From Octopus sinensis (lineage: Eukaryota): 39,079 nucleotides of DNA. The position numbers and the translations under genes were made by a program. Shown here in pieces: positions 37,805 to 39,079 of this stretch (position 1 is the stretch's first letter; each line of letters starts with the position of its first letter). The notes beneath the pieces were generated by a model that saw only the letters and a list, made by a program, of their open reading frames with translations, was not told the origin of the DNA and did not search any database. Where the stretch lies: assembly GCF_006345805.1 (NCBI RefSeq), contig NW_021836824.1, forward strand, positions 1-39,079, given 5' to 3'.

Positions 37805-37954
37805 ATTATTATTATTATTATTATTATCATTATTATTATTATTATTATGATTATTATTATTATTATTATTGTTATTGTTATTTTTATTATTTTTATTATT
37901 ATTATTATTATTGTTGTTGTTGTTGTTGTTGTTGATGCTGTTGTTGTTATCATT

Positions 37955-38162
37955 AGGACGACAAGCTGGCAGATTCGATAACACGTTGGACAAAATGCCA
38001 ATATCGGCATTTTGTCAGTCGATACGTCCTGATTTCCCATTTCACCGAGTAGATTTGCCTTTCGTCCTTTTTGAGGTCGATAAATTAAATAGTATCTGCA
38101 CACTGGCATCGATGTAATCAGCTTACGCCAAAATTGCAGGCCTTGTGCTTGTAGTAGAAAAA
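37955..38162 (+). mobile_element. SINE family B, diverged
   Basis: aggacgacaagctggcag...gatttgcctttcgtcctttttgaggtcgataaattaa...aaaattgcaggccttgtgc. Confidence 0.75.
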
Positions 38163-38209
38163 TCTTTTAGTTAAAGTTTTTTACACGCACAGGTTCGAAA
38201 TTTCTCCAG

Positions 38210-38239
38210 GACACCTGAAGAAGGCTGGAACGTTGTGTT
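38210..38239 (+). ncRNA. Hammerhead relic with stem II deleted
   Basis: GACAC CUGAAGA A GGCUG GAAC GUU GUGUU: stem I (GACAC/GUGUU), the CUGANGA box and the GUH triplet are present, but the 3' strand of stem II and one A of GAAAC are absent. Confidence 0.45.
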
Positions 38240-38801
38240 AACAACAAACAAGATGAGAACAAATATCCGTCAAATGTAAATAATGTACTATAGCAACAGC
38301 CTGGATATTTATTGATCAGAACACGTGTGTGTGTATGAGTGTGTGTGCGTGAGTGTGTGTGTGTGCCTGTGCGTGAGTGTGTGTGTGTATGTGTGTGTGT
38401 GCCTGTGTGTAAAAGCCCTTTAATTTGTTTTTAAATGATAGCTTCCCAACTTCTCTACCAAGCTATGAAATGGTCTTAACGATTCTCCAGCTTTTCGCAA
38501 CATATTGTTAAAACGGGTTCTTATTGCGTTAATGCATTTATGACTATTTCTTTGGATGCGTCGATGCCACAAAACTTGGTCTGCGTCAAACATTTTTTAC
38601 TTACATTTTACTTGAATAACAGAGTCATAGCGAGTCAGAGACGTGAACAGACTAAGACAGTCTCCTGCTATGCGGCAAATTTCATTATTTGTATTTTGAG
38701 AAGAAAAAAAAAACCTAAGACCTGAATTTAAGAAAAACATATTTCATAATAAAAACAAATTGTCCACTGCTTCAATTTCGCAATGGAGAAAATGGAGAGA
38801 T

Positions 38802-38802
<1 letters not shown>

Positions 38803-38853
<51 letters not shown>

Positions 38854-39079
38854 GCTAATACTACTTCTACTACTACTGCTTCTGCTGCTGTTGCTATTAT
38901 TATTATATTATTATTATTATTATTATTATAATTATTATTATCATTATTATTATTATTATTATTATCATTATTATTAATTTATTATTATTATTATCATTAT
39001 TATATTATTATTATTATTATCATCATTATTATTATCATTATATTATTATTATTATTATCATTATCATTATTATTATTAT
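38803..39079. repeat. Compound (ACT)n/(ATT)n array
   Basis: Direct reading. Confidence 0.95.

Overview
AT-rich, repeat-saturated eukaryotic DNA. The SINE families, microsatellite load and LINE content look like a coleoid cephalopod, most likely Octopus; this is recognition by eye, with no database search. Almost all supplied ORFs are microsatellite artefacts. The window is mostly intronic or intergenic. It holds: two abundant tRNA-derived SINE families (A, CORE/OR2-like; B, Meta/MESC-like); degraded R4/Dong, RTE, CR1 and Penelope-like (PLE) retroelement fragments; a truncated Tc1 transposon; three non-autonomous Helitrons; two fold-back elements; and a candidate 154-bp solo LTR. A few short candidate exons suggest an unidentified minus-strand gene with very long introns; the best is 29409-29627. 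The most notable signal is a group of hammerhead-ribozyme motifs. One is nearly canonical (type I, 31454-31514) and has a 5'-truncated inverted partner inside a fold-back; two more are degenerate minimal motifs. Also notable are Dong LINE 3' ends inserted in the (ATT)n tails of SINE-B copies, and a Helitron whose empty A|T target site survives in the opposite arm of an inverted repeat. No rRNA, bona fide tRNA gene or CRISPR array is supported.
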